Position numbers and translations under genes: made by a program. The notes beneath the pieces were generated by a model. The model was not told where the DNA came from and ran no database searches. It saw nothing but the letters and a program-made list of their open reading frames with translations. Shown here piece by piece: positions 13,701 to 26,935 of a stretch of 64,000 bases of DNA. The DNA comes from Eledone cirrhosa (Eukaryota), in the NCBI GenBank assembly GCA_964016885.1, contig OZ024744.1:68262001-68326000 (forward strand), read 5' to 3'. How positions within the stretch are numbered: position 1 is the first letter of the stretch; every line of letters begins with the position of its first letter.

Positions 13701-14210
13701 CTGTGTCTGTGTCCTGTGTCTAAAAAATGATTACGGAAGTTGTGATGGCTGTTGAAATTTGGATGTCTCTTATAGTTGTATTGGCCCCTGCTGTTGTTGT
13801 AAGATGGTGTGTAGCTGAGGTGGTTGTTGAGTTTAGGTTGTATCGTGTGGTTGTATTGAGCCCTGCTGATGTTGTAGGGTGTGTAGATTTGATGGACGTG
13901 GTTATAGGGTGTGAAGTTATGGTGGTTGTTGAAGTTGGGTTGTAACGTGTGGTTGTGTTGAGCACTGCTGTTGTTGTAGGGTGTGTAGACTTGGTGGTAG
14001 TTGTATTAGGGTTGTCTTGTGTGGTCATATTGAGTTCTGTTGTTGCTGTTATATGGTGTGTGTGTAGCTATGGTGGTTGTAGTGGTTAGGGTGTCTCGTG
14101 TGGTTGTATTGTCCCCTGCTGTTTTTGTTGTAGTAGGATGTGGTTAGTGGGGAGGGTAGATTAGGGTTTCCTTATAGCTGGTATGTGGTTGTGAGGCCCT
14201 GTGTGACATG
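10750..14210 (-). mobile_element. Penelope-like element (Neptune-like), near full length, frameshifted
   Basis: ORF fragments include FYGIPKTHK, AMGTKVAPSYANLVMG, RYMDD, LPFLD, YYKPTDS, CGRPTCGIC and FTCASENLI. The N-terminus has Thr-rich repeats. Confidence 0.88.
10941..10980 (-). ncRNA. Degenerate hammerhead motif, U3-A8 core variant
   Basis: TTGATAA-tGCAT aaaa ATGCt-GAA-ACTGGT-A. Stem I pairs poorly. It sits at the 3' end of the PLE. Confidence 0.5.
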
Positions 14211-14477
14211 TATATATATATATCATAGATTGAGTTAGAAACTCAAAATAGTCTTTTATAATTAAATAGCTCAAGGAAGGGAATCTTTCCGAGCCGCGTA
14301 ATACAATTGAATATATGAGAGGGATACAAGTATACATGTGTTCGAATTGCAAATGACCAAGTTAGCTAGGTTGAAAAAATACTAATTTAAAACAATATGA
14401 TTTTCCTGTCTCTATTTAAAGTAATAAATCAATAAAAATAACAAATCTATATCGGGCAACTGCCTTTGACACCCGGA

Positions 14478-14835
14478 CAGATCTAAAATCTGTATCGCAA
14501 GAATTATTAAGGGAAAGCCACCATTCCTGTGCTCTTCTGCGGGTATCCAAGAAATTCGTACCTTTCACTTCAAAAGATCTAAGAATATAAATGTACTATT
14601 GATATAAAAGCACATGTTGCAGCGCCTAGCGCGTCTCATACTAAGGGTAGCTCTACGTATTGAGCCGAGAATATCATAGGTTGAAAAAATACTAATTTAA
14701 AACATGTGCTTTTATATCAACACATAGTTCAGTCTTCTTAGATCTTTTGAAGTGAAAGGTACGAAGTTCCTGGATACCCGCAGAAGAGCACAGGAATGGT
14801 GGCTTTCACTTAATAATTCTTGCGAAACAGATTTT
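14478..14835. repeat. Fold-back inverted repeat with ~135-bp arms
   Basis: 14478-14616 is the reverse complement of 14703-14835. 14368-14395 is directly repeated at 14678. Confidence 0.8.
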
Positions 14836-16106
14836 ATATTTCATATTTTTTTAAATGATATTCTTTTTAAATGATTTTTTTAAATGATATTTTCAAATAT
14901 ATCTTTTTTGTGAAGGTTTTAATGATGTTTCTGAATATGCTTAATATCATTAACATATGCATAGATATAAGGAATGCTATCTAAATACATATATAAAATA
15001 ATATTTATCTTAGAAAATATGTAATATATGATACTATAAAATCATATATAAAATAATATATAACATTTTTTTACATATATTTTGCATATATCTTAATTAG
15101 AATATTTTAAAAAGTAAATTCTAGAATAAACGGTAAATATAACTATTTTAACTAAAAAATATTTGAGTTATCTTCTCCTTTATAATGTAACACGCTTACA
15201 CATTTCTTCTAAGTAACAACTAAACTTTACATAAATATTAAAATTATTTTGGGATAATTTCGTTATTTTGGGATAATTTCGTTAAATTTTGTAAATTTTG
15301 TAAATTTTGTAAATGTTGTAAATGTATTCCTATCTTGATGCAAGTATTGAATGTACAAAATAATCTTCTATAATAAAATAGAACTACTTCCTTTTTCTTA
15401 AATATATATTGAAAATGTAAACAAGAAATTCATCGTAACTATTCACATATATAAAAAATATTTAAATTATCTATCTATTAATAAAAACAACATATATATA
15501 CTCACCAAAATTATTTATTTAAATATTTATATAAATAACATGTTGTAATATAATAAAATAAAATATACTTACAACCCTAATTCTTCATAAAATATACTGA
15601 TAAATATTATCTCTATAATATTAAAACTCACTATTAGAATAGACCCAATAATTAATAGTATCCCTCATTTTTTACAATTGATATTCTACCACTTCAACAC
15701 ACTTATAATTCTCATATTATATTATAAATACCACCAAAATATATAATTATATAATTAAATAAATAATTATAATTATTTCACTCTCTTTACACCATCACTA
15801 ATACGATACATACATATATTAATAATAATAGTCTATTTCTAACTATAATATACTTTTTTCTTACATTCTTTCCTTAAATTTTCTTACACCCTAATATTAA
15901 TATTAACCTCTCTCGCCTTAAAAAATAATCCTAATAATTATTTTAATTTACCTAGCGTCTAAATATGACGATCTTTTTCAACTTTACGTTATCCTCATTA
16001 ACATATTCATCCTAAGATTTGAATTTCTTTCATTATTCAAACAGAACTTCAAACGATAAGTTCTTGTTCTTGAACATGTCACTATCTATAAAACAACTTT
16101 TGTATT

Positions 16107-16160
16107 TTATCTGATGAGAGCGTACCAAAAATTTTGGTACCCTTGAAATATATATAATAG
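16107..16160 (+). ncRNA. Hammerhead-like motif (same family as 23130-23441)
   Basis: CTGATGA-GAGcGTACCAAAATTTTGGTACcCTT-GAAATATATA. The stem I register is doubtful. Confidence 0.55.
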
Positions 16161-16185
16161 ATTAAATATGGTTTTATAAAGATAA

Positions 16186-18375
16186 CACTGGTCTGCGTTT
16201 CAAAACTTTTTTAAAAAGGTCAAGTGTTTTCCAAATGATTTAGGACCCTGTTTGCATGCTGAATTCAAATATACAGTTTATTTTTCTGGGTCAGGTCTGG
16301 TTTCTAAGATATAGTCTATTTCTTTTCCAGCATATTTTTCTAAAATATCGCAATCCAAGCGTTTATGGGCTTTTCTTTTGCAAAACCGGGTCGTGGGTAA
16401 CCTTTAATAATTATTTTTATTTCTCTTTTCAGGTCTAGAAAAATGGATCGGAAGTGTAAAAACCATCCTAATAGGTTCTGTTATATCTGCGGACATGTGG
16501 TTCTTCCAGACCGTCAAGCAAAAATCACGGATTTTGTGAAGAAGGCATATCACGCTTACTTTGGAGTCAAACTAGGGGACCAGGATAAGCTATTCGCTCC
16601 CCATATCTGCTGCAAAACGTGTAGAGAACTTACGGGATTGGAGGAACAAGAAAAGGAAGAGTATGCCATTTGGTGTCCCAATGGTGTGGAGAGAAGGGAA
16701 AGATCACGTTACCGACCGCTACTTTTGCATGACAAATCTAAAAGGCATCAATCGCAAGAACAAGCACCATGTTCAATACCCTGATGTTCCTTCTGCCATA
16801 AAGCCAGTCCCCCATGGCCCCGATCTTCCTGTTCCTGAGCCAAATGTCACCATGGAATCTAGTTCTGATTCCGAATCTAGTGACATGATTGATACAGCTA
16901 AGTGTGATGAATACAGGTCAGAAGGGGACGACCAACCGGTGCCTTTGACCCAAGCCGAACTCAATGACCTTACACGAGACCTGAACCTTTCGAAGGAGTC
17001 TGCCAGCTACTGGGTTCTCGTCTTCGAGAGAAACGTCTACTGACGCCAGGAACAACATTCTATTGGTATCGGGACCACGAGAGAGAATTTAGAAAATTCT
17101 TCATGTTTGATGAAGCATCTTCACTGGTCTACTGTAGCAATATTGCTGACCTGATTGAATTACTTGGTCTGAAGTATGATGTTATGGAATGGAGACTTTT
17201 CATTGACTCATCTGACAGAAGTCTCAAAGCAGTTCTTCTGAATATCGGAAACAAGTTTTCATCGATCCCTGTTGGGCACTCAGTTGAAATGAAAGAATCC
17301 CACAAAAGCATGGAACGTCTGTTGTCTGCTCTGAACTACCAGAAACATAAATGGTTGATCTGTGGAGATCTTAAAGTTGTTGGACTCATCCTAGGACTTC
17401 AAGGTGGTTACACAAAGTATACATGCTTTCTGTGCTTATGGGATAGCCGTGCTGATGACCAGCATTATGTCAGACAAGAGTGGCCATTAAGACAAGGATT
17501 AAAACCTGGATCACACAACGTTTTGTCCCACCCTCTGGTTGAACCGAGCAATATATTGCTTCTAACCCTCCACATCAAACTCGGTCTTATGAAGAACTTT
17601 GTAAAGGCATTGGACAGGAAAGGTGGAGGATTTGCTTTCCTCCATCAGAAGCTTCAACGAAAAAGCATGGAGAAAATTAAGACAGGTATATTTAATGGTC
17701 CTCAAATTAGGGAACTCATCAAGGATACTAGTTTTTATGATGCACTGAATCCTGCTGAACTCTCTGCCTGGTTGTCCCTAAAGTCAGTCATTGCAAACGT
17801 CCTTGGCAACCACAGAAGTTCCCAGTATCAGAAGGTGGTTGATGAGTTAATGGAGAATTTCCGCCAACTTGGTGCGCACGTGTCAGTGAAAATGCACTTC
17901 CTCCGGTCTCATCTGGACTATTTTCCAGAGAATTCTGGAGACTTCAGTGAAGAACATGGTGAGCACTTTCACCAAGATATCAGTGTTATGGAGGAACGCT
18001 ATCAAAGCCGATGGGATGTCAACTTTCTGGCCGACTACTGCTGGTGCCTAAAGAGGGATGCGCAGTCTGCTCAGCACAAACGGAAGTCCCTGAAGAGACC
18101 ATTCATCCATGAGTAGCTTCCTTAGTTCATTATATTCTTCTTGCTATCTATTCAAAATATTTTGTAAGCCTTCTGTGAATAAATCAGTCTAATATTTTCA
18201 ATATTGCGTTTTATTCACCTACAAATAGATCGGAATTTAGGATATTTTTAATGTGCTAATATTTCATTAACCTGATCTGATTGAGTAAAATGAGCATGAT
18301 TTTTGGATTCAGTGCAAAAAACTGGCCTAAAATCATGTATTATATGTTAGACCTTGAAAACATCGCAGACCAGTG
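16186..18375 (+). mobile_element. Chapaev3-type (CMC superfamily) DNA transposon with both ends intact
   Basis: Has 12-bp perfect TIRs CACTGGTCTGCG and a 3-bp TAA TSD on both sides, plus imperfect subterminal inverted motifs. The family call rests on CAC ends, the TWA TSD and protein motifs. Confidence 0.8.
16443..18116 (+). pseudogene. Transposase with two frameshifts (~16620, ~17005)
   Basis: FCYICG..LGDQDK..APHICC, MPFGVPMVWRE, WRLFIDSS, GDLKV, LHIKLGLMKNFVKA, SEEHGEHFHQDI, ADYCW. Confidence 0.85.
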
Positions 18376-18473
18376 TAATTTTCATTTATTAATATTATTG
18401 ATATTATACTCCAGAAGAAACCTGTAGAGTGGGTTGAATCTGTAATAAATAGATTTGTTGAATAACCAACAGA

Positions 18474-19078
18474 GAAGAGAGTTCCCTTCTCAATGGAAAT
18501 CCACTCGGATTATCTGTTTATTCTGGGACTTGAAACCGCGGTAAAGACACATATAGTATGTACAGCGAATTTTTAAAAAATTTATTTTAAAACTTTTTCT
18601 CTATTTGCTAGACCTGGATTTCATATGTTCTGGCTTGTTAATTTAGAACCACATTGGCATACGGTTGGACAATACTTGTATCCCTATATGTATTTTTACA
18701 CGTAGGAACACATACTTTATTATTATTAATTTCCCCTAAGGTTGAGATAACACTTGGTCGTTTGTACTGCTGCTATTTCTAGTGGCAGGACATTGACCTG
18801 TCCACCCTGCCTTCTGTATTTGCACACGGCTCTAGACAAAATTGTCTCTTTCATCATTCACTCTCATCTGGGAACAGTTTTGTATGGCGTCAGTTTGTGA
18901 TTTAAACTCGGGAATTTTATATTCTCCGAGCGAGAAGAGCTATCTGAAAAGAGTTCCCTTCTCAATGGAAATGCGCTTGGATTATCCGTTTATTCTGGGA
19001 CTTGAAACCGCGGTAAAGGCACATATAGTAATTTTTTTTAATTTATTTTGAAACTTTTTCTCTATTTGCTAGACCTGG

Positions 19079-19080
<2 letters not shown>
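18474..19080 (+). mobile_element. Non-coding retrozyme-like unit with two tandem hammerhead motifs, 472 nt between predicted cleavage sites
   Basis: 18474-18619 is directly repeated at 18946-19080. Both copies have GAGTTCC...GGGACTT-GAA-ACCGCGGT-A. Cores are a truncated GAAGA and CTGAAAA. Confidence 0.7.
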
Positions 19081-19151
<71 letters not shown>

Positions 19152-19634
19152 TTGGAGTATGAGTTGGTTGCTTACCGATACTTCAGTATGCAGGTTAGAG
19201 CACTCAACGAAGTGTAAGTAGTGTAAGGTTAAAATTAAATTCGTTAATTCATATTCGCTACAATATATGTTTAGGTGATAACCATTATTCAGTAGTTATG
19301 ACCTCATCGGGCAGTTATAACTAGAACAGAAAAAAACCCAGAAATACTTAATGGTGGAACGTAGTTTACCTTGTTAATTCATTGATATGCGCTGATCCGA
19401 GGCGTGGTGTTGTTCACTTAAAGAGCCACAAGCTTTCTCTCTCTATATATACATATATCATTTGCATTCGGTTATATATATATATTTGCGCACGTGCACA
19501 ATTATAGCACTTTTTACAAAACGGTGTTTTTCCTTTTCAGGGAGACGCGATCCATCATCCAGTTTCGTAAAAAATATACTTTCCATATACTGTACCGATT
19601 GTGATGTTATTTCTGTTTACCTTTTACATACATA

Positions 19635-19724
<90 letters not shown>

Positions 19725-19726
<2 letters not shown>

Positions 19727-22596
19727 CACTACCTCGACCTTCGCCCCTCCTCCATCCCCTCCACCCCCACCATCCTTCGCCTCGCCGAGCTGGTCCTCAC
19801 CCTCAACTGTTTCTCCTTCTCGGGTGAGTTTTACCAACAGGTCACGGGGGTAGCCATGGGTACAAGAATGGGCCCAAACTATGCCAACCTTTTTGTTGGC
19901 CATGTTGAGGCCCAAATCTTTGCCCAGTACACCGGCCCCACGCCCGAACTGTACGGTCGTTACATCGACGACTGTATCGGAGCCACGACCCTCACCCGAG
20001 AACAGCTCGACTCCTTTCTCTCCTTCTTCTGCTCCTTCCACCCCTTCCTCCACTTAACCACCTCTATTTCCACCACCCACGTCCACTTCTTAGACATCTC
20101 CGTCGCCTTCGACCCCTCCCACCACTACGTCGTCACCTCTGCCTTCTTCAAACCCACCGACTCATTCTCCTACCTCGACTTCACCTCTTCCCACCCTACA
20201 CACACTAAACACTCTATTCCCTACTCCCAACTCCTCAGGATCCGCCGCCTCTGTAGCCGAGATGCTGACTTTGAGTCCCAGGCCCTTTCCCTAGTCAGCC
20301 ATTTCATCCGCAGAGGTTACCCCCCCCCCCTCTTTCGTCCACACCGCTCTCATCCGCGCCCGTACTGTCCACCGCTGCACCACACTCACCCTACGCCACC
20401 GCACACCCACCGTCTCCCCTTCCCCATCACCTACCACCCCTCCACCAAACCCCTCCACCGCACCATCCTCCGCCTCTTCCGACGCCTCCAGTCCGACCCC
20501 TCCACCTCCCATATATTCGCAGCCCCACCACTCCCCTCCTTCAAACGCGCACGCAATCTCCGCACCCTCCTTGTCCACAGCTCCCTACCCCCAACCTACG
20601 CTCCCCCCCGGTTCCCTTCTCTGTTCCAGGCCCCGCTGCAACACCTGTCCCCACATCACCAACACCACCACCTCCCAGGGTCCCAACGGCCACTCTCTCT
20701 CTGTCCGGCATGCCTTACGCTGCACCTCCTCCAACCTAGCCTACGTCGGACAGACTGGATGTCGCCTGGCGGACGGGTTTACCGAACACCTCCGAGATAT
20801 TCGTCTCAGTGGTAGTTCCCCCATCGCCCCTGGACATTCCGCACACCACCTCACAGTCTGTGGCCTACTCCGATACCACGGAACACCCGCCACTCTCCTC
20901 AGGGTCGAACAACGAACCATCTTAACCCTACAGACCCACACTCCCCCCGGCCTGAACTCACCACCCTTATTCCTTTAGCCTTCGACCGCCCCCCTCCCCT
21001 CACACATATCCCCACTAACACCACTAACACACCCCTCCTTTTCACCGCCCACCCCACAACTAACAATACTAAAACCTCCACCCCACACCCGACCACCCTT
21101 CCCCAACTACCATACTAACATCCCTCCCTTATTATCCCCCCTCCCCTTATTACACGCACACACCAACCGGTACATATATACACGCGCTCACACTAAACAC
21201 ACACCCTACTACCACCACTAACCCTCACCCCACACATCCACCCACCACCCCGCAATTAACATCACTAACACCCCCCACCCCACGCACACGAACACACACA
21301 CTCACTTACACCACCCACTCTACACGCAACTAACATCACTAACACCCCCAACCCTACGCACACGAACACACACACCCACTTACACCATCCACTCTACACA
21401 CCCTACCACCACTGACCCCCACTCACACCCGCATTCAACCCTTTCCCCACCTCCAGTATACTAACACCCACTAACACCCCCTTCACCGCACACACATTCA
21501 TCCAAACACGCACACACACACCAGTACACTACACTCCCTCCACCGGTCCCCACACCCTTCTCTCCCCGCTCCACCCACACCCTTTCTCACACATACACAC
21601 ATCCCACTAACACCTCTACTAATACACACACACACACCCTCCTCACTCCAACTTTCACACCTACCCATCCTCTCCCCTGTCCACCGCACCTCCGCATACA
21701 CTGACACACCGACTTTCTCCACTTACCATTCTACCCGACTGCTGCTATGCCCTTATCTCTGACCACTTCCCCGCACACACAGACACACAACCCTCCTCCT
21801 GCCTTGACCCTCTGACCACTTCCTGTTGCGCGCGCACCCCACATCTCCCCTCTTCCGACCAACAATGGATTACACATATTGAACATCGATCCCTAGAATC
21901 CACCACATCCCAAGGATATTACCCAGCATTCCACCACATCCTCTACGGAACTACCTTAAGGACTCACCCACTGACATACACTAAAAAAAATGTTTTCCCA
22001 CACGCCACCTACATCCACAACACGCATAAACACCACACACGTGCGTACCACAACATATTTACACACTCAGCCTCCGGAATCCTCTCCCCCACCCCTCAGA
22101 CTCCTCCCCATCCACACACGCATACACATACCGACCTACACCCCAACACACCTCTTTCTGAACATGCAACCCCGTTCTTCCCCCAACTCTTACTTTCACA
22201 TACACATACACACACACACACGTACACCTACACACACACACCACCTTCAGCCCTCCCCGCTCGGACACCCCGCCTCCCTCTCCCCACCCACCCGCCACCA
22301 CCCCTACACGCCCCACACTCTTCCACCACCTGTTTTACCTTCATGTTTATTTTTATTTTTATTATGCTTTTATTAATTTCATTTGTAACGTTTCCTCTCA
22401 CCCCCTTTTTTCTATATGTCTCTCCACCACTCCCCTACACACCCTTGGAACTCTCTTCTCACACTCTTTTCACCTGAAGAAGGGCTTATGCCCGAAACGT
22501 CGTTCCCCACCACCACCCCACTCTCAAGAGCGGCGTGAAACTAATAAACCTTTGTTCGTACTGCCTCTCTGTTTTGTTCCCATCCAATTTTTACTA
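19725..22596 (+). mobile_element. Penelope-like element (Neptune-like, C-rich), 5'-truncated
   Basis: AMGTRMGPNYANLFVG, YGRYIDD, HFLD, FKPTDS, CSRPRCNTC, YVGQTGCRLADGFTEH. The long C/A-rich 3' UTR ends in a hammerhead. (TA)n flanks both sides. Confidence 0.9.
22471..22503 (+). ncRNA. Minimal hammerhead motif in a PLE pLTR
   Basis: CTGAAGA-aGGGC ttat GCCC-GAA-ACGT-C. Stem I is only ~2 bp. Confidence 0.65.
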
Positions 22597-22996
22597 TATA
22601 TACACATATATATATATAAACATATATATATATATACAGATATAATTTAGCGAGAATCGCATTTCGGCGGGTAGAAATTAGCGAAACGCAACTTCAAAAT
22701 GTGCAGACAAGCGCTCCATGGATATGAAGAGGATAGCAGAGCTATAAACATAAGTTAAAATGGTCATACACGCTGAGACGATGGTTAAGAAGCCATAGCC
22801 ACCATAGCCAAAAAAGCGAACAAGCTAAACGGGTCAAACAAAATGAGATATGATTGACATAGTTACCCGGACCCTCGGGGAAGATGGAATACTCCGAAAT
22901 TTGGGTTTTTGCAACACCTAAATCAATAATACTGTCTGCTTATAAAAATAAAAATAAGCTTTTGGTATAATGATCGAACAAGGCATCACTTTCTCA

Positions 22997-23129
<133 letters not shown>

Positions 23130-23441
23130 CAATGATATTAAATAAATGGAAACTATATTTATAAAACCATATTTATTCTATTATATATATTTCAAGAGTA
23201 CCAAAACTTTGGTACGCTTTCATCAGATAAATACATAGTTCTTTTTGTAAATTTTGACATAAGCAAGAAAAAGATACCTTAACGCTTCAAAGGTATCTTT
23301 TTCTTGGTTATGTCAAAATTTATGAAACAAACTTTGTATTTCATCTGATGAAAGCGTACCAAAGTTTTGGTACCCTTGAAATATATATAATAGAATAAAT
23401 ATGGTTTTATAAATATAGTTTCCATTTATTTAATATCATTG
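23130..23441. repeat. Fold-back element (~151-bp arms, 9-bp spacer) with a hammerhead-like motif in each arm
   Basis: 23130-23280 is the reverse complement of 23290-23441. CTGATGA...GAAA lies at 23345-23381 (+) and is mirrored on the minus strand. Confidence 0.8.
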
Positions 23442-23532
23442 AATATTATACTGCAGAAATCTGTCGAGTGCTCTGAATCAGTTATAAACATTTATATTTG
23501 TTGAATTACCAACAAATTGAATATCCCTTTTG

Positions 23533-23620
<88 letters not shown>

Positions 23621-23625
<5 letters not shown>

Positions 23626-24236
23626 ACAGCACTGTAGGCCGGGAAAGGCACTTTGTTCACTAATTTACTTATTTCAAACACCAGTAAATCTATTAGTAAT
23701 CTTAAAGATAGTTTTTGTTAATTTCGTTCTCGTGCTATCGTTAGGTTTCCTAAGAATCTATAGTATTATGAATTCCTGTTTTATATAAAAAATGCCTCAA
23801 AGTGTTTTTGTATCAGTTTATCAAAGCCATCGCAATACTTTAGCAACAGAAAATAATTGAATGCTAACTTGTAGCTTTCTTTAAAAATGCTAACGCTATA
23901 GTTTTAATCATTTACGTACGGGCCTAATGTCTGTGTGTATAAATGTAAAAACTCCCCGATCACTCACCACTCCCTGAAAAACTCCCCAAACAAGAGAACT
24001 TTAAAGATTATTAATACAAGGACTGTCTGCCCACATTGGAACTATACTGCCTGAGGAGACAAGCTAAATTACCGTCGCTCGAATACCGGGGCATCAGTTC
24101 GGATCTAGCTGTTGAAACGGCCGGAGCTCATCCATTGGGGTTCTAAATTATTTCATATTGCCCACTCTACTATCCCAAGTATCAAGTACTCTGGTAAGCA
24201 ATGATCTGGCCTGGGTTTTACCGCCTCCATTCTGAT
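23621..24236 (+). mobile_element. Second copy of the ~610-bp (TA)n-embedded non-coding element
   Basis: Reverse complement of 6492-7099, with CTGAGGA at 24051 and GAAA at 24114. Confidence 0.7.
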
Positions 24237-24358
24237 ATATATATGTATATATATATATGTAGATAAATCTACCAAAATATACGGTAGTGTCCAATCCGTA
24301 TGAAGAACTCAATGTAATCCAAATACCATGAAAAGATAAGATGCATTATATATGTGTG

Positions 24359-24391
<33 letters not shown>

Positions 24392-25486
24392 GTGTATATA
24401 TATATATATATGTGTGTGTGTGTAAAAATTGTATCCAAAGTTGGCAGACCACTCAGTCCGAGGGACATGAGGTAATACATGGAATTAGGTTCAATTCAAA
24501 ACATTTCCATTTGACCAATATGCGCATTTCGGTAGAGAAATATTTTCACAGCACGACAATCCGACATTCCTGAAATTTACATTGACAGGAATTGAGTCCT
24601 CCTAAAGAGGTCTTATGGTTGGGGAGTTAATTTGGTTGTTTCGGTTGCTAGTTATATACGGGGTGGGATAACTCTACTTAGACTTGTGAAAAATAGCAAG
24701 AAATCATTTAGGTTTGCAGAATCTATTGTGTGGGTTGGGAAGAAATAGCGGTGTATTTACCTAAAAACTTTCTTAGGTGCTACATACATGTTATAGAGGT
24801 TAAAGCTACGGAGAAAGGATATTTTTTTTCTTAATTAGTGTGTTAGAAAGGTCTAATAGAGGTAATAATGATTGCTACAACTCGATTTCGAGTAATATCA
24901 TCACTTGATACTTAAGCATGAACTACAAGGACGTAGCTTTTTAGCCCTGCTAGGGACTTGTCCATGGCCAGCAATACTACCATGCATCGCCAAAAATATC
25001 ACATAACACGCAATGCCTGTGCTTCAAGCATTTTTAAGTGAGGAAAGGCGTATCACAGGGCCAATGCCACTCTCTGAACATCGAATGCATTTGCCCAAAA
25101 AGAAGAACTGGTCCACATCATTGTAGGGAAATAAAGTCGCAGATTTTATATCAGAATGACCTTCTAGAAAGATATTTTAATGTAGACTAGTAGTCTCTTG
25201 CACGACAACAAAAAAAAAAAAATATATATATACTATATCGGATAGCCGTTAACTTTCTTGATTTCTCCGGCCTTCGATTGGTTTTGTTTTTTATCCCACA
25301 GGGTGTCCAAAATCAACCTCTTCACCAAGCAAGCTTCGTGGGGTTGCCAGTTTTGTCGCCGTAGACTCGACACCATGCACTGGTTGTACTCGCTTACATG
25401 TTACTAGTAGCGCGGAAAAGTGACCGGGCATATAGAGGTAATAATACACACTTACACCCCCACCCCCACCCCCCACACACACACAT

Positions 25487-25592
<106 letters not shown>

Positions 25593-25594
25593 CA

Positions 25595-25777
25595 TATAAA
25601 ACTCAAATTATCTGTGTGTGTGTGTGTCCTAATTTTTACAAAGTCTATACAAATCCACATTTTTACTCCGATTGACTTCAAACTTGCATTTATATATTCC
25701 TTGCGGTCTAAAGATATTAACTGCAGCTTTTCTTTTTCAATTTTCTGTTGTTAAAGGCGTGTTAGGCGCCGGTTAGC

Positions 25778-25810
<33 letters not shown>

Positions 25811-26105
25811 AGATATATACATAGCTATAACGTCGCCCCCTTATAATATCTGTCTCTATGTCTGGCTGTCTGCATTACAACATTATGACAAAAATAGTTC
25901 TCATTGCTGACGTATTATCTTCGCTATTTTCCGTTCATTGCCAGGGAACGTCTTCACGAACCAAAATATCGCCTTCCTCTTTTCCTTCGGTTGCAGCATT
26001 TTTCGAAATATTTACTTCTGCGTTCACAAATTGATTTTTTTTAGTTTCAGAAGATCCAGTTAAGAGTGAAAGCAGCGATTCTTTGCTTAAACTTTAATCT
26101 GTTAT
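25595..26105 (+). mobile_element. Fragment of the non-autonomous Helitron-like family
   Basis: Reverse-complement similarity to 49420-49760 and 55250-55830. Confidence 0.55.
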
Positions 26106-26198
26106 TTATATATATATATATATATACATTATGAAGAGAGAAGAAACATTTAGATATAATTAGTAATAAAATGTATCATACCTAAACTGCTCCTAGAT

Positions 26199-26288
26199 TC
26201 CTCGACTACGTAGTTTCGTGGCATAAACAAAAACAATACATCATAAAGATATAGAGTCCTTGCGAGGTCTGCCGACTTATCAAGAGGA
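26199..26288 (-). ncRNA. Type I hammerhead motif, U3-A8 variant (mirror copy)
   Basis: Reverse complement of 26588-26677. Confidence 0.75.
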
Positions 26289-26587
26289 TACCTCATTTTA
26301 CTAGTCTCAAGAACGCGTCTACACGACGTGAGAAAGAATCCCAAAAGGCGGAGGAGGAGATAGTCACGCGATATAACGGTCGAGAAACAGAGCTAAGCCT
26401 CTTATAACCACCTCTTCTACGGCTTCGATATAAATACCCCCTCCGCCTCCGTGGTATTTTCTTCGGAGTTATAAGAGGCTTAGCTCTGTTTCTCGACCGT
26501 TATATCGCGTGACTATCTCCCCCTCCGCCTTTTGGGATTCTTTCTCACGTCGTGTAGACGCGTTCTTGAGACTAGTAAAATGAGGTA

Positions 26588-26677
26588 TCCTCTTGATAAG
26601 TCGGCAGACCTCGCAAGGACTCTATATCTTTATGATGTATTGTTTTTGTTTATGCCACGAAACTACGTAGTCGAGGA
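26588..26677 (+). ncRNA. Type I hammerhead motif, U3-A8 variant
   Basis: TCCTC-TTGATAA-GTcGGCA...TGCCAC-GAA-ACTACGTAGT-C^GAGGA. Confidence 0.75.
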
Positions 26678-26892
26678 ATCTAGGAGCAGTTTAGGTATGA
26701 TACATTTTATTACTAATTATATCTAAATGTTTCTTCTCTCTTCATAATGTATTTTTAAGTCTGGTTCAACCGGATTGGTCTGTCCCAGTCATTCATTGAG
26801 CAACATCGGTGAAGTTGGCACCCTTAACTCACGGTTGGGTGCGGATGCATTCATGTATATGTGTGTGTCCGCATGTATCTGTGTGTTTCTAA

Positions 26893-26929
<37 letters not shown>

Positions 26930-26935
<6 letters not shown>

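Larger units (their letters stand above)
26124..26752. repeat. Near-perfect fold-back with 285-bp arms and a 59-bp spacer
   Basis: 26124-26408 versus 26468-26752, with one mismatch seen. The identical 64-aa ORFs on both strands reflect this. Confidence 0.95.

Noticed and set aside
13720-14028. Mucin-like Thr-rich host protein
   Set aside because: It is contiguous and co-oriented with the PLE ORF, so it is better read as that element's repetitive N-terminus.
14850-16000. Possible mitochondrial protein-gene NUMT
   Set aside because: I found no recognisable frame under the invertebrate mitochondrial code in the part I translated.
26150-26726. Identical 64-aa ORFs on opposite strands
   Set aside because: They are a by-product of the inverted repeat, start with TTG and have no protein motif.
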